Assembly: GCA_002269645.1 (NCBI GenBank)
Contig: NIVC01000100.1
Location: 558,001-622,000, forward strand
DNA length: 64,000 bases
Origin: Macrostomum lignano
Taxonomy: Eukaryota
Reading direction: 5' to 3'
This document shows positions 15,001 through 26,100 of the stretch, piece by piece. Position 1 is the stretch's first letter. Each line of letters starts with the position of its first letter. The position numbers were made by a program, and so were the translations under genes. Under the pieces are notes generated by a model. That model ran no database searches, was not told where the DNA came from, and saw nothing but the letters and a program-made list of their open reading frames with translations.

Positions 15001-15208
15001 GAGATTCGGTAACTAGGTGACATTCAGGTGTCATTCCACTAGGGGTGATTCAGTGTCATTCCATCTCACTATTATTCTGCTGATGATTTCTACGTCGTCT
15101 GCGTTTCTTTCGCGAGCCGCTAGCCGCAGAGGAGGGCACGTGCACTCCAATGTACATGGTCTTGCCGCCGCCTCCGCTGCCCCGCCGCCGCCTAGTATAG
15201 GCATGCAT
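86..15208 (-). CDS. SLC4: SLC4-family bicarbonate transporter (NBC/NDCBE-like), multi-exon, 3' end beyond the left edge
   Basis: Exons with GT-AG boundaries and consistent phases: 15070-15208 ([17 protein letters not shown]), 13788-13826, possible 12082-12117, 7884-8063 ([18 protein letters not shown]), 5705-5845 ([30 protein letters not shown]), 5384-5617, 4308-4708 ([13 protein letters not shown]), 3746-3920, 3184-3621 ([31 protein letters not shown]), 1547-1703 (STGPMLVFE), 86-1006 ([30 protein letters not shown]). The start codon is uncertain (15208 or 15291). Confidence 0.95.
1095..1505. repeat. Degenerate ~22-24 nt minisatellite (aaacccaaataaacacccagttt) in SLC4 intron
   Basis: Repeated unit visible directly; boundaries approximate. 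Confidence 0.8.
1870..3060. repeat. 23/25-nt minisatellite (ctcatagttctctctatcatctat) in SLC4 intron
   Basis: Dozens of near-identical tandem units. Confidence 0.95.
3955..4300. repeat. 40-nt minisatellite (gggtgggtgactgagataagaacacagcgatagcggagtg) filling SLC4 intron 3921-4307
   Basis: About 8-9 tandem units. Confidence 0.95.
4815..5335. repeat. ~20-24 nt minisatellite (ctaatccgattcacacacact)
   Basis: Tandem units with a CA-dinucleotide core. Confidence 0.9.
5910..6320. repeat. ~27-nt G-rich minisatellite (gagtgtacattagggtaggaggggact)
   Basis: Tandem units. Confidence 0.9.
6925..7510 (+). repeat. TTAGGG-variant G-rich hexamer array (interstitial telomere-like)
   Basis: Mixed ttaggg/tgtggg/tttggg/tgtagg hexamers forming higher-order units. 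Confidence 0.85.
8245..8490 (-). mobile_element. tRNA-derived SINE with CORE/Meta-like central domain
   Basis: Minus strand reads gtggttagagcgt (A box), ggttcgattccc (B box), then tgtgtccttaagaaagacacttaactctg and ttcacccagctgtaaaatggg, which resemble the CORE-type central domain. The 3' boundary is approximate. Confidence 0.7.
9750..11605 (+). CDS. LINE ORF2 C-terminal part: reverse transcriptase, RNase H, zinc knuckle
   Basis: [19 protein letters not shown] (RT); [31 protein letters not shown] (RNase H); [18 protein letters not shown]. Confidence 0.93.
9750..11701 (+). mobile_element. 5'-truncated non-LTR retrotransposon with RT, RNase H and C-terminal CCHC (I/R1/Loa-group-like)
   Basis: 13-bp TSD TAGGGAATGTCAC at 9737-9749 and 11702-11714; (AGTA)n-like 3' tail; uninterrupted ORF; antisense to SLC4. 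Confidence 0.92.
12255..13585. repeat. 23/24-nt minisatellite (ggcgctatctgaggtttgattct)
   Basis: More than 50 tandem units, with higher-order variant periodicity. Confidence 0.95.
13965..15055. repeat. ~20-nt degenerate minisatellite (gggtgagattcaggtaacta)
   Basis: Tandem units filling the first SLC4 intron. Confidence 0.9.
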
Positions 15209-15804
15209 CGGTGAGTCTCAGCCTCCTCAAACACACGCTGACCTCCGCTGTGACGTGAAGCGGCAGGAATAGGCTCCTCTCGTTCGGACATTTGTTTGGA
15301 CAGTTGGAAATAAAGCTTTCAAGTCGTAGCTTCAACAACAAAACATCAACAGCAGAGAGAATGCGCAAGCAAACTTTAACGGGGGTTGATGTTGATTATA
15401 AAAATAACTGGGCACTGCTAATTCTTGCATATTTAACTAACTGCAGGTCCATTGGATCAGAAAATTCTACAAAATAAGAGCCAATACAAAATTGCGCAGA
15501 ATTCAATGCAGAGCGCCTTTTTTTAACGCATTAAAATTGCGCCAACAAGCTGGAAGAACCTTTCAAATCTCTCAACATACAACTGCGCAGTACAAATACG
15601 AACTATAACCGACATTGGGCAAACAAACCTTATATTGAGAAGCAATTACTAAAGTAGTCGAAATTCGAACTCAGACCAAACACTAGAAGGGCGAGGAGTT
15701 TTACAATCATTCATCTGATAAGCATATTGCAAGCGCGCCTGGATAATTCTGCAAGTTGCTTAACGTTTTATTAGTTTAGGGCGCAAATTTTGTGTTGCAC
15801 TAGC

Positions 15805-16457
15805 GTCACATTTGTGATCTTTTAGTGTGCGCTTGTGTCACATCTGTGGTCTCTTAGTGTGCGCTTGTGTCACATCTGTGGTCTCTTAGTGTGCGCTTGT
15901 GTCACATTTGTGATCTTTTAGTGTGCGCTTGTGTCACATCTGTGGTCTCTTAGTGTGCGCTTGTGTCACATCTGTGGTCTCTTAGTGTGCACTTGTGTCA
16001 CATCTGTGGTCTCTTAGTGTGCGCTTGTGTCACATCTGTGGTCTCTTAGTGTGCGCTTGTGTCACATCTGTGGTCTCTTAGTGTGCACTTGTGTCACATT
16101 TGTGATCTTTTAGTGTGGGCTTGTGTCACATTTGTGATCTTTTAGTGTGTGCTTATGTCAAATCTGTGGTCTCTTGGTGTGCGCTTGTGTCACATCTGTG
16201 GTCTCTTAGTGTGCGCTTGTGTCACATCTGTGGTCTCTTAGTGTGCGCTTGTGTCACATCTGTGGTCTCTTAGTGTGCGCTTGTGTCACATCTGTGGTCT
16301 CTTAGTGTGCGCTTGTGTCACATCTGTGGTCTCTTAGTGTGCGCTTGTGTCACATCTGTGGTCTCTTAGTGTGCGCTTGTGTCACATCTGTGGTCTCTTA
16401 GTGTGCGCTTGTGTCACATCTGTGGTCTCTTAGTGTGCACTTGTGTCACATCTGTGG
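15805..16457. repeat. 32-nt minisatellite (gtgtcacatctgtggtctcttagtgtgcgctt)
   Basis: About 20 tandem units upstream of SLC4. Confidence 0.95.
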
Positions 16458-16596
16458 GTGCTTGCTATTTTTCAGCATACATCAGCATATATCCCAACAT
16501 ATATGACAATAGAAAATTTTCAGCTAACATCTACCTGTGTACATGTTAGGATCAAATAAAGTGACTTTACATAGAACATACTATACTACATGCGAC

Positions 16597-16778
16597 TAGT
16601 AGCACAACCATAAATTTTTTGAGGGGGAGGGCAGATTCTGGAGGGTAAAGTCCCAGGAAGGGGGCAGAGGGGTGGCTCTGGTTTTGGCAAAAATTTGCTT
16701 GGTTCCCCCTTTGATTTTTTGGGGTCTCTGCCTAAGATGAAAGTGCAACCACCCCCACCTCTCCTGGTTGCACCACTG
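16597..16778. mobile_element. Possible short non-autonomous element with imperfect terminal inverted repeats
   Basis: tagtagcacaacca ... tggttgcaccactg bracket a GC-rich island inside AT-rich DNA. Confidence 0.35.
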
Positions 16779-17756
16779 CATGCAACACTGTCAATATGGA
16801 ATACAAGGAATAAAAAGAAGAATTTTAAACTTCTGCCCACAAATGTTCTTTTCCTTAATTTTTTAGCAACTAAAAACTATTTTAAATATTATTTTATAAT
16901 TTTCTTCTTAGTATATGTTGCAAAACTGCTAACTTTAGGTTTGTTATTCTGCATGAATAATGAATTCAAAATAAAAAAGCATACAACTTTGGCATTCATA
17001 GTTAAAAGCATTTTTAGTCTCAGCATGCAAACATGGTCCTGCATTTACTCTCACTGGACCTAGCATACACTAATACAGGATGCAAACTATGGCTTGAATC
17101 ATTTGATTAGGCCTAAATATATTAGCTATATACAAGGACTATTTAAAGCATATATATTAAAATTAAAAAAGCTATAATAATAAAGTCAATCATGAAGTCT
17201 AGATCAAAAATAATAGTTTCAATAAAATGAAAAATTCCATTTTTCTTTATTATTTCTATCTTACTAGTCTATTAATAGGCCAAGTATAAATAAAATTGCT
17301 ATAATATCAATTTAAAAATATTATATTTTATATATTATTACACTTACTTTGGAATGAGGTTTCTAAAATCTTTCTAAAACTAAAAGTATAATTTGTATTT
17401 GTATTAAAAGTAGATTTATGCTATCAACACTAATAACAAATAGCCTATTAGTAGATATACTCAAGCTTAAGCAAATATATAATACCAAATTGATAATAAA
17501 TTAAACACTATTTTATTAATCAACTTTTAGAAATTTGCAGATTGTTTTATTATGATATTAATTAGAAATTTTAGTACTACTAGACTTTATTATTTATATT
17601 ACCTACCTAACTACCTTATATTATTTACCTACTTTAATGACATTGGTCTCTACTATTTATAGGTAATTTAATTCTTTATATTCAATAAATACAATAAGGG
17701 CATTATATCTTACAATCTAAATGTTTTGTGCATCTTTGCTATGTCATTCTATACAA

Positions 17757-17758
<2 letters not shown>

Positions 17759-17795
<37 letters not shown>
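17759..17795. repeat. (AT)n microsatellite
   Basis: Direct reading. Confidence 0.95.
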
Positions 17796-17797
<2 letters not shown>

Positions 17798-20754
17798 CCC
17801 TACCTTTTGTTTTAAATAAGTATGATTTATAGGCTTTTACTTTATTATGAAATAGGCTTTATTTTTTAGAATTGTTTTCCTAGAAAGTATTACATTTGAA
17901 ATTAAACTACTTTGTTTTAATGTGTATAATATTAGTAATATTGTGACTATTATAAATATTAGAAAATTTTATTTGTTTTAAACCATGCTGAAAAGGGGTA
18001 TAAATATACTAGGCCTAGCTACTAGCAAGAGAAGAGGCAACTTACTATTGTACTAGCTTAAAATTTGTTCTAGTATCTTAAATTGAAGCTTGAGTAATAC
18101 TTACTAACTTAGTTATTTAGAAGCATCAAAAGCCCTAAGATTGGGAGGATTCAATCCATTCTTACAAAATGAGACATCCAGATTTAGAATCTAAGAAATT
18201 GCCTTAGAAGGCAGAAATCCTACCATAAGGTAGAGTAATCTAAATTCAGAGTCTGAGAAACCTGCCTCACCTCAAGGCAGAGTACCTAGCAAATAAGCTG
18301 TGACCGTTTGATCACAGGAATGCCTAGGAATGAGAGAATAAAAAACCTTAATGTAAGAAGCATAAGAGATATAAGAATAAGGTAGATTAGGGGTTGCAAA
18401 TAGGGTGTAATTTACACCCTGAAATTTGGATTTGCACCCACTTTTTTCATTGGATGCAACTCTTATATCTATATTTTTTGAGATCAGGATGCACGCAAGT
18501 CATTTTTTAGCAAAAGTTACAAACAAAACATCATGCATAAATATACTGTTTCAATACTTTTTTAAATCTTCATTGAATACTTTCCCTAAATTCAGACCTA
18601 GATGCAGTTGCATCCTAGTTTTCATATTTTTATCCATTTTTAAGCTTGAAATGCAATCTTGCATCCATATTTTTGGTAGAAAAAAACCCTAGGGTAGATA
18701 GTACCATAAGACTGCTCAGGCCAAAAGTATAATATATGTACATATGCTACCAGTAGATAAATACATACGCTACTAGTAGATATATACACTGCTAGAAGTA
18801 CAACATCTATAAAAGTACAAGTATTATAGCACTATTAGAACTTTGGTGTCAGCAGCAAAATAAATTAGATAGAGAGCAATCAGCACTGTTACAAATTTGA
18901 TAGCAGCTTAAGGATATTTAGAGTAAGAAGTAGAAAAAGTAGCCCTAGCACAATTAAAATATGATACTATAAAATTTAAAAAACATATCAATATAACAAA
19001 TGTAATATAACATCTATAGTTTCCTAGAAAGGCAAACTAGAATACCAAAGTAGCAATAATCCAAGAAATAAAAAGCATAGATAACTTTACTTTTGCTTGA
19101 TATTTTGTATTTTAATTTCTTTGTCATTATCAAGAATATTAGGCCCTATTTAGGCTTGCAGTTGCATTAAATTGCATTTTTTATCCTACCATTATATATA
19201 ACTTTATAAAAAGTGACAAATTCTACTGAATACTAACTAAAATATACACTGACTAAGTAAAAAGTTGACCATCTCATGATCTCACTCATTGAAGAAGTAT
19301 GTTTATTTCTCAAGTGCAATTCAAGGATCAACATTGAAACCTAATCCTTGACATTGTCACCTAGCCTATTTTTTGTTTTATTGTGACAAAGCCAATTTTA
19401 AAATAATGTCAAAATGATATTTTCTTTTTCTATTATATGACATGTTCGGATGAACTTTAACTGTTTTTTATATATGATATCAGTTCTTGTTAGGCCTAGT
19501 TACGATATTTTTTTATTTACCTACTAAAATAAGTGGCCCGGGGAAGCAGCCTGTGGCCAATTCAGGTCAATAAACTCGCTCGATATATATAATGTGAAAA
19601 ATTTTACATTGCAAGTTTAATAGAAACTAAATTTTCTGAAATCAGTTCTACTAACTTACGTTAATTACTGACTGCTTATTAGTAGCCCATAGCTTACGCA
19701 GCTGTAAGAAGTCCGTGACGACTGCGAATACGAATATACTTTCAAAATATTTAAGCTGCTTTTTGACACTATACTAGGTATTATTTGCTAAAAAATATTT
19801 TTGCAGTAAAAATATTTTTAACAGCCACTTTGGCTTGTAAAATTATTGTAGCTACGCAAACAATTTAGACCTTTTTTTGTTAAGCTAACGCTTTTAAAGC
19901 CGAGGTGTTATATAGAGCACTTCCATTTTTTCTGCCCCACATAGTGACCTGTTATGGCGACGCTGGTAGCCTAAAGGCGGGCGGCGCGATCCCGGAGCTC
20001 CCGGCCTTTCTTGCTCACCCGCCTGGGCCTCAGTTCCAAGCAGCGAATGGATGTGACTCGGGACACTGGCCCATAGGACTTGTGTAGGGGTGTTGACAGT
20101 TGTAACAGTTAGTTAGCTTTATAGCTTCCCAATGAGTGAACCCGCATGTAATCCGGACTTCTAGATCCGGGGTCCCATTTTGCTTGTTGCACTTGGCCTG
20201 TGAGGCCCAGGGGGGAAACTTTTCAGGTCAGGCCAGTCTGGGCGTCTTATCCAGGTCGACGTCGCTCACCCCTTTTTCGAGCGAAACCAGCTTGTTTTTT
20301 GGTCGCATTTTGCAGGGTGGCTTTCCCACCGGTGTAGCCTGTTCTGAATTTTCCGCGGTTGCGCTATTTAGACTTTCCAGGGGGCTGGCCACGGCCTGCA
20401 CTTGCATCATTCAGGTCATACCCCCAAGGCGCCTCTTTTCCTGGGCCCGGCGCCTCTGCTCAACATTTAGGCGCTTCGTAGCGGGCCCGCGCCCTCGCAG
20501 TACCGCAGTACTGGGCGAAAACCTTTGGCCCTAGCCCAGCCAAAAAGCAGTTACTCGTGTTTTCTAAATTTTTCTACTCGCCTTTTCAATGCAATTTTAT
20601 TGCACGTTGCTGTATTTGTTCTTTTAAATAAAGCGTGCGCCGCTTCGCTCTGTTTCTTTATTTGAACGGCCAGGGAGAGTGTAGTGGCCGCTAGTTTAGT
20701 TTAGGCGCCACACTATAGTGTCAGCAGTCCCTCGCCGTCGCCATGGGCTGCCGT

Positions 20755-20890
20755 CTGCCGCTGGACTTAGCCGACTCCACACCAACCATTGCATTAGGTC
20801 GACGACTGCGAGGAATCTGGTCGATAGTGGACAGTCAAAAGAAGAAATCAAGGCTATGACAGATACGTGGATCGCTTCGTATAAAAGTAT
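20755..20890 (+). pseudogene. Degenerate Crypton-like tyrosine recombinase C-terminal fragment
   Basis: AGLSRLHTNHCIRSTTARNLVDSGQSKEEIKAMT aligns with AGLSKMYTNHCIRVSRIADLEAAGYNLADIMSIT of the recombinase at 34827-36283. Confidence 0.6.
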
Positions 20891-21009
20891 AAATGTACAG
20901 AAAACGGTCAACGGCGACAAGACGATCCGGCGACAGTCAAAGCGGCGACAAGGTGTACATATATGCAGTACTCGAGTAAAGCGCTAGTGAGTACAACAAT
21001 CTGGATGCT

Positions 21010-21400
21010 CTTTTCGATAATGTACATGACACATTGCTACGGAGCGCTGTTTGGCAGGTGTCCGACCTTAGCGTCTACTAGCAGGCAATGCGCACAAACA
21101 ATGACACCGCCGAGGGCTGGCATCGATGGCTCAATCGTCGTGCGCAACGCGGATGCCTGCAATTTTACCAACTTGTAAAGTTGCTGCATGACGAAAGACG
21201 TGTCTGTGAAATGGAAGCGTCGAGGCTGGTTCGCCAGCAGGGCGTACAGCGTCGAAGGCAGCAGCGCAGCGCTTACCAACGCGTACAGAAGCTGTGCTTC
21301 CGGCTGTGGACGGAGTACGCATGCGGCGAGCGCTCGGCGTTGTAGCTGCTGCAAGCGTGCAGCAAGCTCAACGGGCCTGCAAATGGTCTGAGATGAGTGA
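21010..21400 (+). pseudogene. Mutator-like (MULE) transposase C-terminal fragment
   Basis: RTNNDTAEGWHRWLN resembles the RTNNxxEGWHxxLN motif, followed by FYQLVKLLHDE; there is an in-frame stop upstream. Confidence 0.7.
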
Positions 21401-23106
21401 TTGGGCTGCTTTTACTGCGCTACAATTATTAGTACTTTTTTTAAATAGTGCACTTCTTATCAAATTCGATATCGCGGGCTTTGTGACAAAAATACATTTC
21501 TCTTTTCTCGATTCGTTGAATTGTGGGCCACCCCTAATGTACACAGCTGCTCAACTAAAATGTACTTGACTGTGTCCATTGGTACACTGTACGCTGGTAG
21601 AACTACGCACATGTGTAAAAATAGGTGCAGTCAACAAATGCCTAGGGCGCACAGATAAAAAACAACTTAGTTCGTTTTGTTTGTATCTACATGTATTGTC
21701 GGGTAGATACAAACAAATTTCGCCGGATTGACTGTAAGCCTACATGTACATGCATTCGCATAGCTACTGTTTTTTGTCCCATTACCGTAATTAATATAAA
21801 AGTTAACGTAATAAATTGTTTTAAGCCATACATCGCATCAAAGATTCCGACAGCCAGTAGACCAAACGCATCTCTCTGAAAAGATAAAAGACAATATCTC
21901 TAATAGTCTCCCAGCCGTCCTACAGGACTGCAAGACTCATTTTAATTCGAAGAAAATCGAGTTCAGCATCCTTTAACTACAGCTTAATGAGTCATATCCT
22001 AAGGCAAGATATCCAGAAATTGAAATTCCACTGAAAGACTCTATACATGGTTTACTTTTTATGGAAACATTAATGCTTACAGGGTCCACCCTTTCGATTA
22101 ATTAAAAAATCTAATGCAAGTACAAGAAGCTACATGTAAATCAAGAATATTGATCTATCTATAAAAATTCTAGAAAATTCTATTGAACTAATTTCTAATT
22201 AGTTTAATTAAGCTTAAAACTGGCATGCAAGTCCAATACAGCATCGACTTTGAAGCTTGACTCTGCACTGCTTACACAAATTGTAATTAATTTGCATGTC
22301 ATGCAAGTCAAAGTGGCCGCGCACACTGAAGCGGCTTCAAATTTAATCAATTTCGGTCGATTTCGCGCTCGACAAGGCGGCAAACGAGACAAAATTACGT
22401 GTATTGGGCTTCTATATGTGGTGCAAAGTGGGATTGAGAGAAGAGAATCCAGTGCTGGTTAAAAAGCAGCAGGGCGACATAAAAACACGCCACAGAGACT
22501 GCATGCTGTGGTGAAAAGAACTTCAACTTTCATCAGCAGCAAACAGTAAGATTGGCTCGTAAAGCTCACTGCATGGCATGTTGCAAAGCAGAAAATCCAA
22601 TATGGTACACGGGCATTCTATACTGTTCTGCCGCATCCCCACCGAGTTAATTAGACTAGAGGAAGAACCATCGGGCACAGGGACCTTATATATATACAAT
22701 ACGTGCATACAGCTGCAGGCATACGCTCGGCTGGCCCAGTGTTGGGTTCAGTAATTGAAATACGTATAGCGGCAGCGAGGAATCTTTGATACACCGCGCG
22801 CAGTTGTTAAGACACCTCGCTCGCGAATTAGACTGCATGGCGACCAAATTCATCAGCGGGTCAATAAAGACGGAGCCGCGCGCACACGCATGCAGCGGTT
22901 GGATAAGCTAGCTGACCAGAATTTTAAAATCAAGCAGAAAAGGGGCCGAGACGGCGAGATAAGAGAGCTGGAAGAGGATGGGGGTGCATCAGCCAATGGC
23001 AAGCGATGACGGGATTTTTTTGTTAAAAACAAGCTTTCATGGGCATAAATTGGCACCCAGCTCTCTCTTCAACAAGATTTCTCTCCTATCGCCCTTTTCC
23101 GAAAGA

Positions 23107-26100
23107 ATGTCACCAAATACAAAGATTTTGCTTCTGCTTCTTGTTTTAGCATTCGGTATTTGCTGTAGCAAAAAGCAAAAATCTTGGCCGACAACAACGG
23201 ATGCGCACCTGCAGTACCTGTTCGACCTGTTGCCAAGGCTCAGCCATGGCTCAGACTCGATGTCGAGATTAGGCAACGACAGCATAAGGGCGGTGCGAGC
23301 TGATCTGAGTGAGTATTATTTAATGAAATTTCCCATGCTGTTTGATGTCTCATCATAACAAAACCATGATCCTGAAAAGCGTTTCAAACTGCATTTTGAG
23401 GAGAGAGAGAGAGAGAGAGTATAAACATGTAGGTAAGTTTTAGAGAGTAAAAATACAGAGTGGATGGTGGTCTCCGTGCTTTGATTGCCTGAAAGTTAGG
23501 CCTTGGCTTGTCAATTGATTGCGCATAAAATAAGATTATATAAAGAAGGGCCGCACCGGCGCCGAAGGCTCTTCTGCAAAGACGTAGGCGCTTGATTGAG
23601 TTGATAGATAGATTGTATTAAAACGAACAAGAGGCCCATGACCTTTTGGAGAATAAAGGGGAGAGAAGACAGACGAGCAGTCAGTCAAGCAGAGAAAGCC
23701 AGAGACAATAAACATAAAGAAAGACAGACAAGCGTAGACAGACAGCTTAGAAGCGGACACCAGTTCGCACACATCAACAGATTTTAAAGAGTAATTGAAG
23801 CTCATTAACCTCAACACGGCTACCAGAGACAACATGAATTGAAATACTTGTATTCTAAACTTAATTTTAGCATTTTAGTAAATACTCTGTCTAATCTATC
23901 AGGCAGACAAACCAATAAATAAATCAAAGAGCAAAGGAAGAAGAGGGGCATAAAGGAAATTTTATAAACTAACCAACCTGATTTCCGTAGGGGCGCGGGT
24001 CTGACAGGGTCTGATCTGGGGCGCTCTACATTGCCCTAATGAGCAGTTTCAGATTCCCTATAGCATTAGCTAATACAGATGAAGTGGCTTTCCACATGTT
24101 ATCAGCCACTCCTAACTGCCTGACAAGGCAGCAGCTGCATACATGGCATCTTCATCAGCGGCCACTTGTGTTGGACAAGACTCGTCTGCTCTGGGCATAA
24201 TATTATTGACCCCCCTCCCCCAATGGGCACGCTATATTTCAATGTCTCAACTTCTCTGGGAACTGATTTAATTTTCAATTGAAGCATGCATTGCGTCCGA
24301 GGTAGATTCAAAAGTTATTCTATGGCTCGCAATTAACACAGTTATGTTTGCAAAACTGAATTTGCGACGATTGCAGGGGCCGATTTCATAAAAAGAAGCT
24401 AGCCATAAGCCGTAAGCTGCTGCTTGTTAAGCTGCAACTTTCAGCAGTTGTTAAAAAAAGCGTTTTATAAACGATTGCTAAAAATCCGTGCTAAAACCAA
24501 GGACAACTTGATAACTCAGGACCGGAAACGAGCCAATTCATGGCGAAAAAAGTATGAGGCTCGTTTAAAAGCATTGTTCATCCGTATGCGCATGCTTTCA
24601 GTTGCCAATGTATACTCGTATCATATTTGACTTTTTGATAGGCAGTCAGAAGGCGGCTGCAGGGTCGGTTTTCTTAAATGTTGAATAGTTTTATTGCATG
24701 TTACGCAGCATCCCCAGAGCATTGCTTCAGGGAAGTAAAACTTGCCAACGACAGCAAACAATTTCCGCACTCGCAAAGCACATGACGGTGATCGCAGCGA
24801 AATGAAGCATCCGAAACAGAGGCAAGCAAAATTGAACAGCCACTTACCAAGAAGAAAAATCGGTATCAGCCTTAGAACAAATGGCTTACCGCCGAACAAT
24901 GGCTTCAACATTATTGCGAGCACTGTTCGAGCAGTTTTGTTATGATTGTCTGACGCTTGGCCGAGCAGATGTTGGCACCGATAGCGAATCGATGGCTGGA
25001 CATACATTTCATCGGAAATCAACACACAAGACTTATGCTGCGGTTTCAGTTTGGCAAATGTGACCTTTACGAACTCGTGTGCATCATTTTCAGTGCCAAT
25101 CTCTCCTAGACCAGCCAACTGAGTGCGTAATGTGCCTTGATGGGGCAAGGGAAGGAGCGTCTGTGCATGCGCGTGTGCAGAACTGCTAATCAGATAAAGC
25201 AAAGCAGATTGGCGCATAGTGGCAATGTCGTATCGTCGATTGTGTTGGGTGCGTTGTGGCGAGCTCGAGTAGCTTCAGGATGAATGTAACCGATGTGTCC
25301 GGTACAACTCCATCGTGGTTAAAGGCAATAGAAAGGTTCTTAGATAATGCCCTCACCTCACTTTCGACGTCCACTGTAGAGTTTTTACAACGATTTATGA
25401 TAGCTTCAAGTTGCGACCAATACTTTAATGTTGGTTGAAATCCAAGCAGATCTCGAACCGCAACTGGTGAGTGTAACCGAAAGCATCGCACGGAATAGTT
25501 TGGTGAAACGAAAACTCGCAGAACCATTTCGGCATTGGTGCTTAACCAGAAGATAAACACCTCCTCTTGAACAATGGTAACGATAAGCTGATGTGCTTTG
25601 ATGACGTCTAAACAGTGAATGGATGCTCGGAATTCAGTCCACGATGGCAGCGTGTCACGCTCTCGAAATTCTACTAGTTCATCTTGGAAAAGGCATCGTT
25701 CGGACAACAGCACGCCCCTTCCCTCAGCCTGTCGACTGGCACGCACTGCAATATCCAAGCACGCATCTTAGTGTTTTGTTTCGACCCTATTTGATGGAGT
25801 GCAAATACGCTCGAATACGCTCGGCAGGACTGCAGGACTCCGTCGAAAACTGATGGTGGATGTAGCGGCCTTTCATTTCTTCCCTTTTTTATCATTGGTG
25901 CATCTTGAGGCCAGTGCTTAGCACACACGCCCATGTAGTCTGTCACGGTCTAAACAACAACAAAATTGTTAATGAATTCATGTGGCCAGGCTAAATCTGA
26001 TTCACAAAGCACATTTGAAGAAAGTCTTACCGTCAGTTGATTAGGCAGTGACAGTCGCCAAGCCTCTCGTTCAGTTGCATCTTTAGGAAACGAAAGTCTT

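Noticed and set aside
8810-16457. Arrays of 24-32 nt units as CRISPR arrays
   Set aside because: The units are contiguous with no unique spacers, there are no cas genes, and the context is eukaryotic introns
19905-20560. Solo LTR
   Set aside because: It is a GC-rich island starting TGTT, but no convincing CA end with a matching TSD was found
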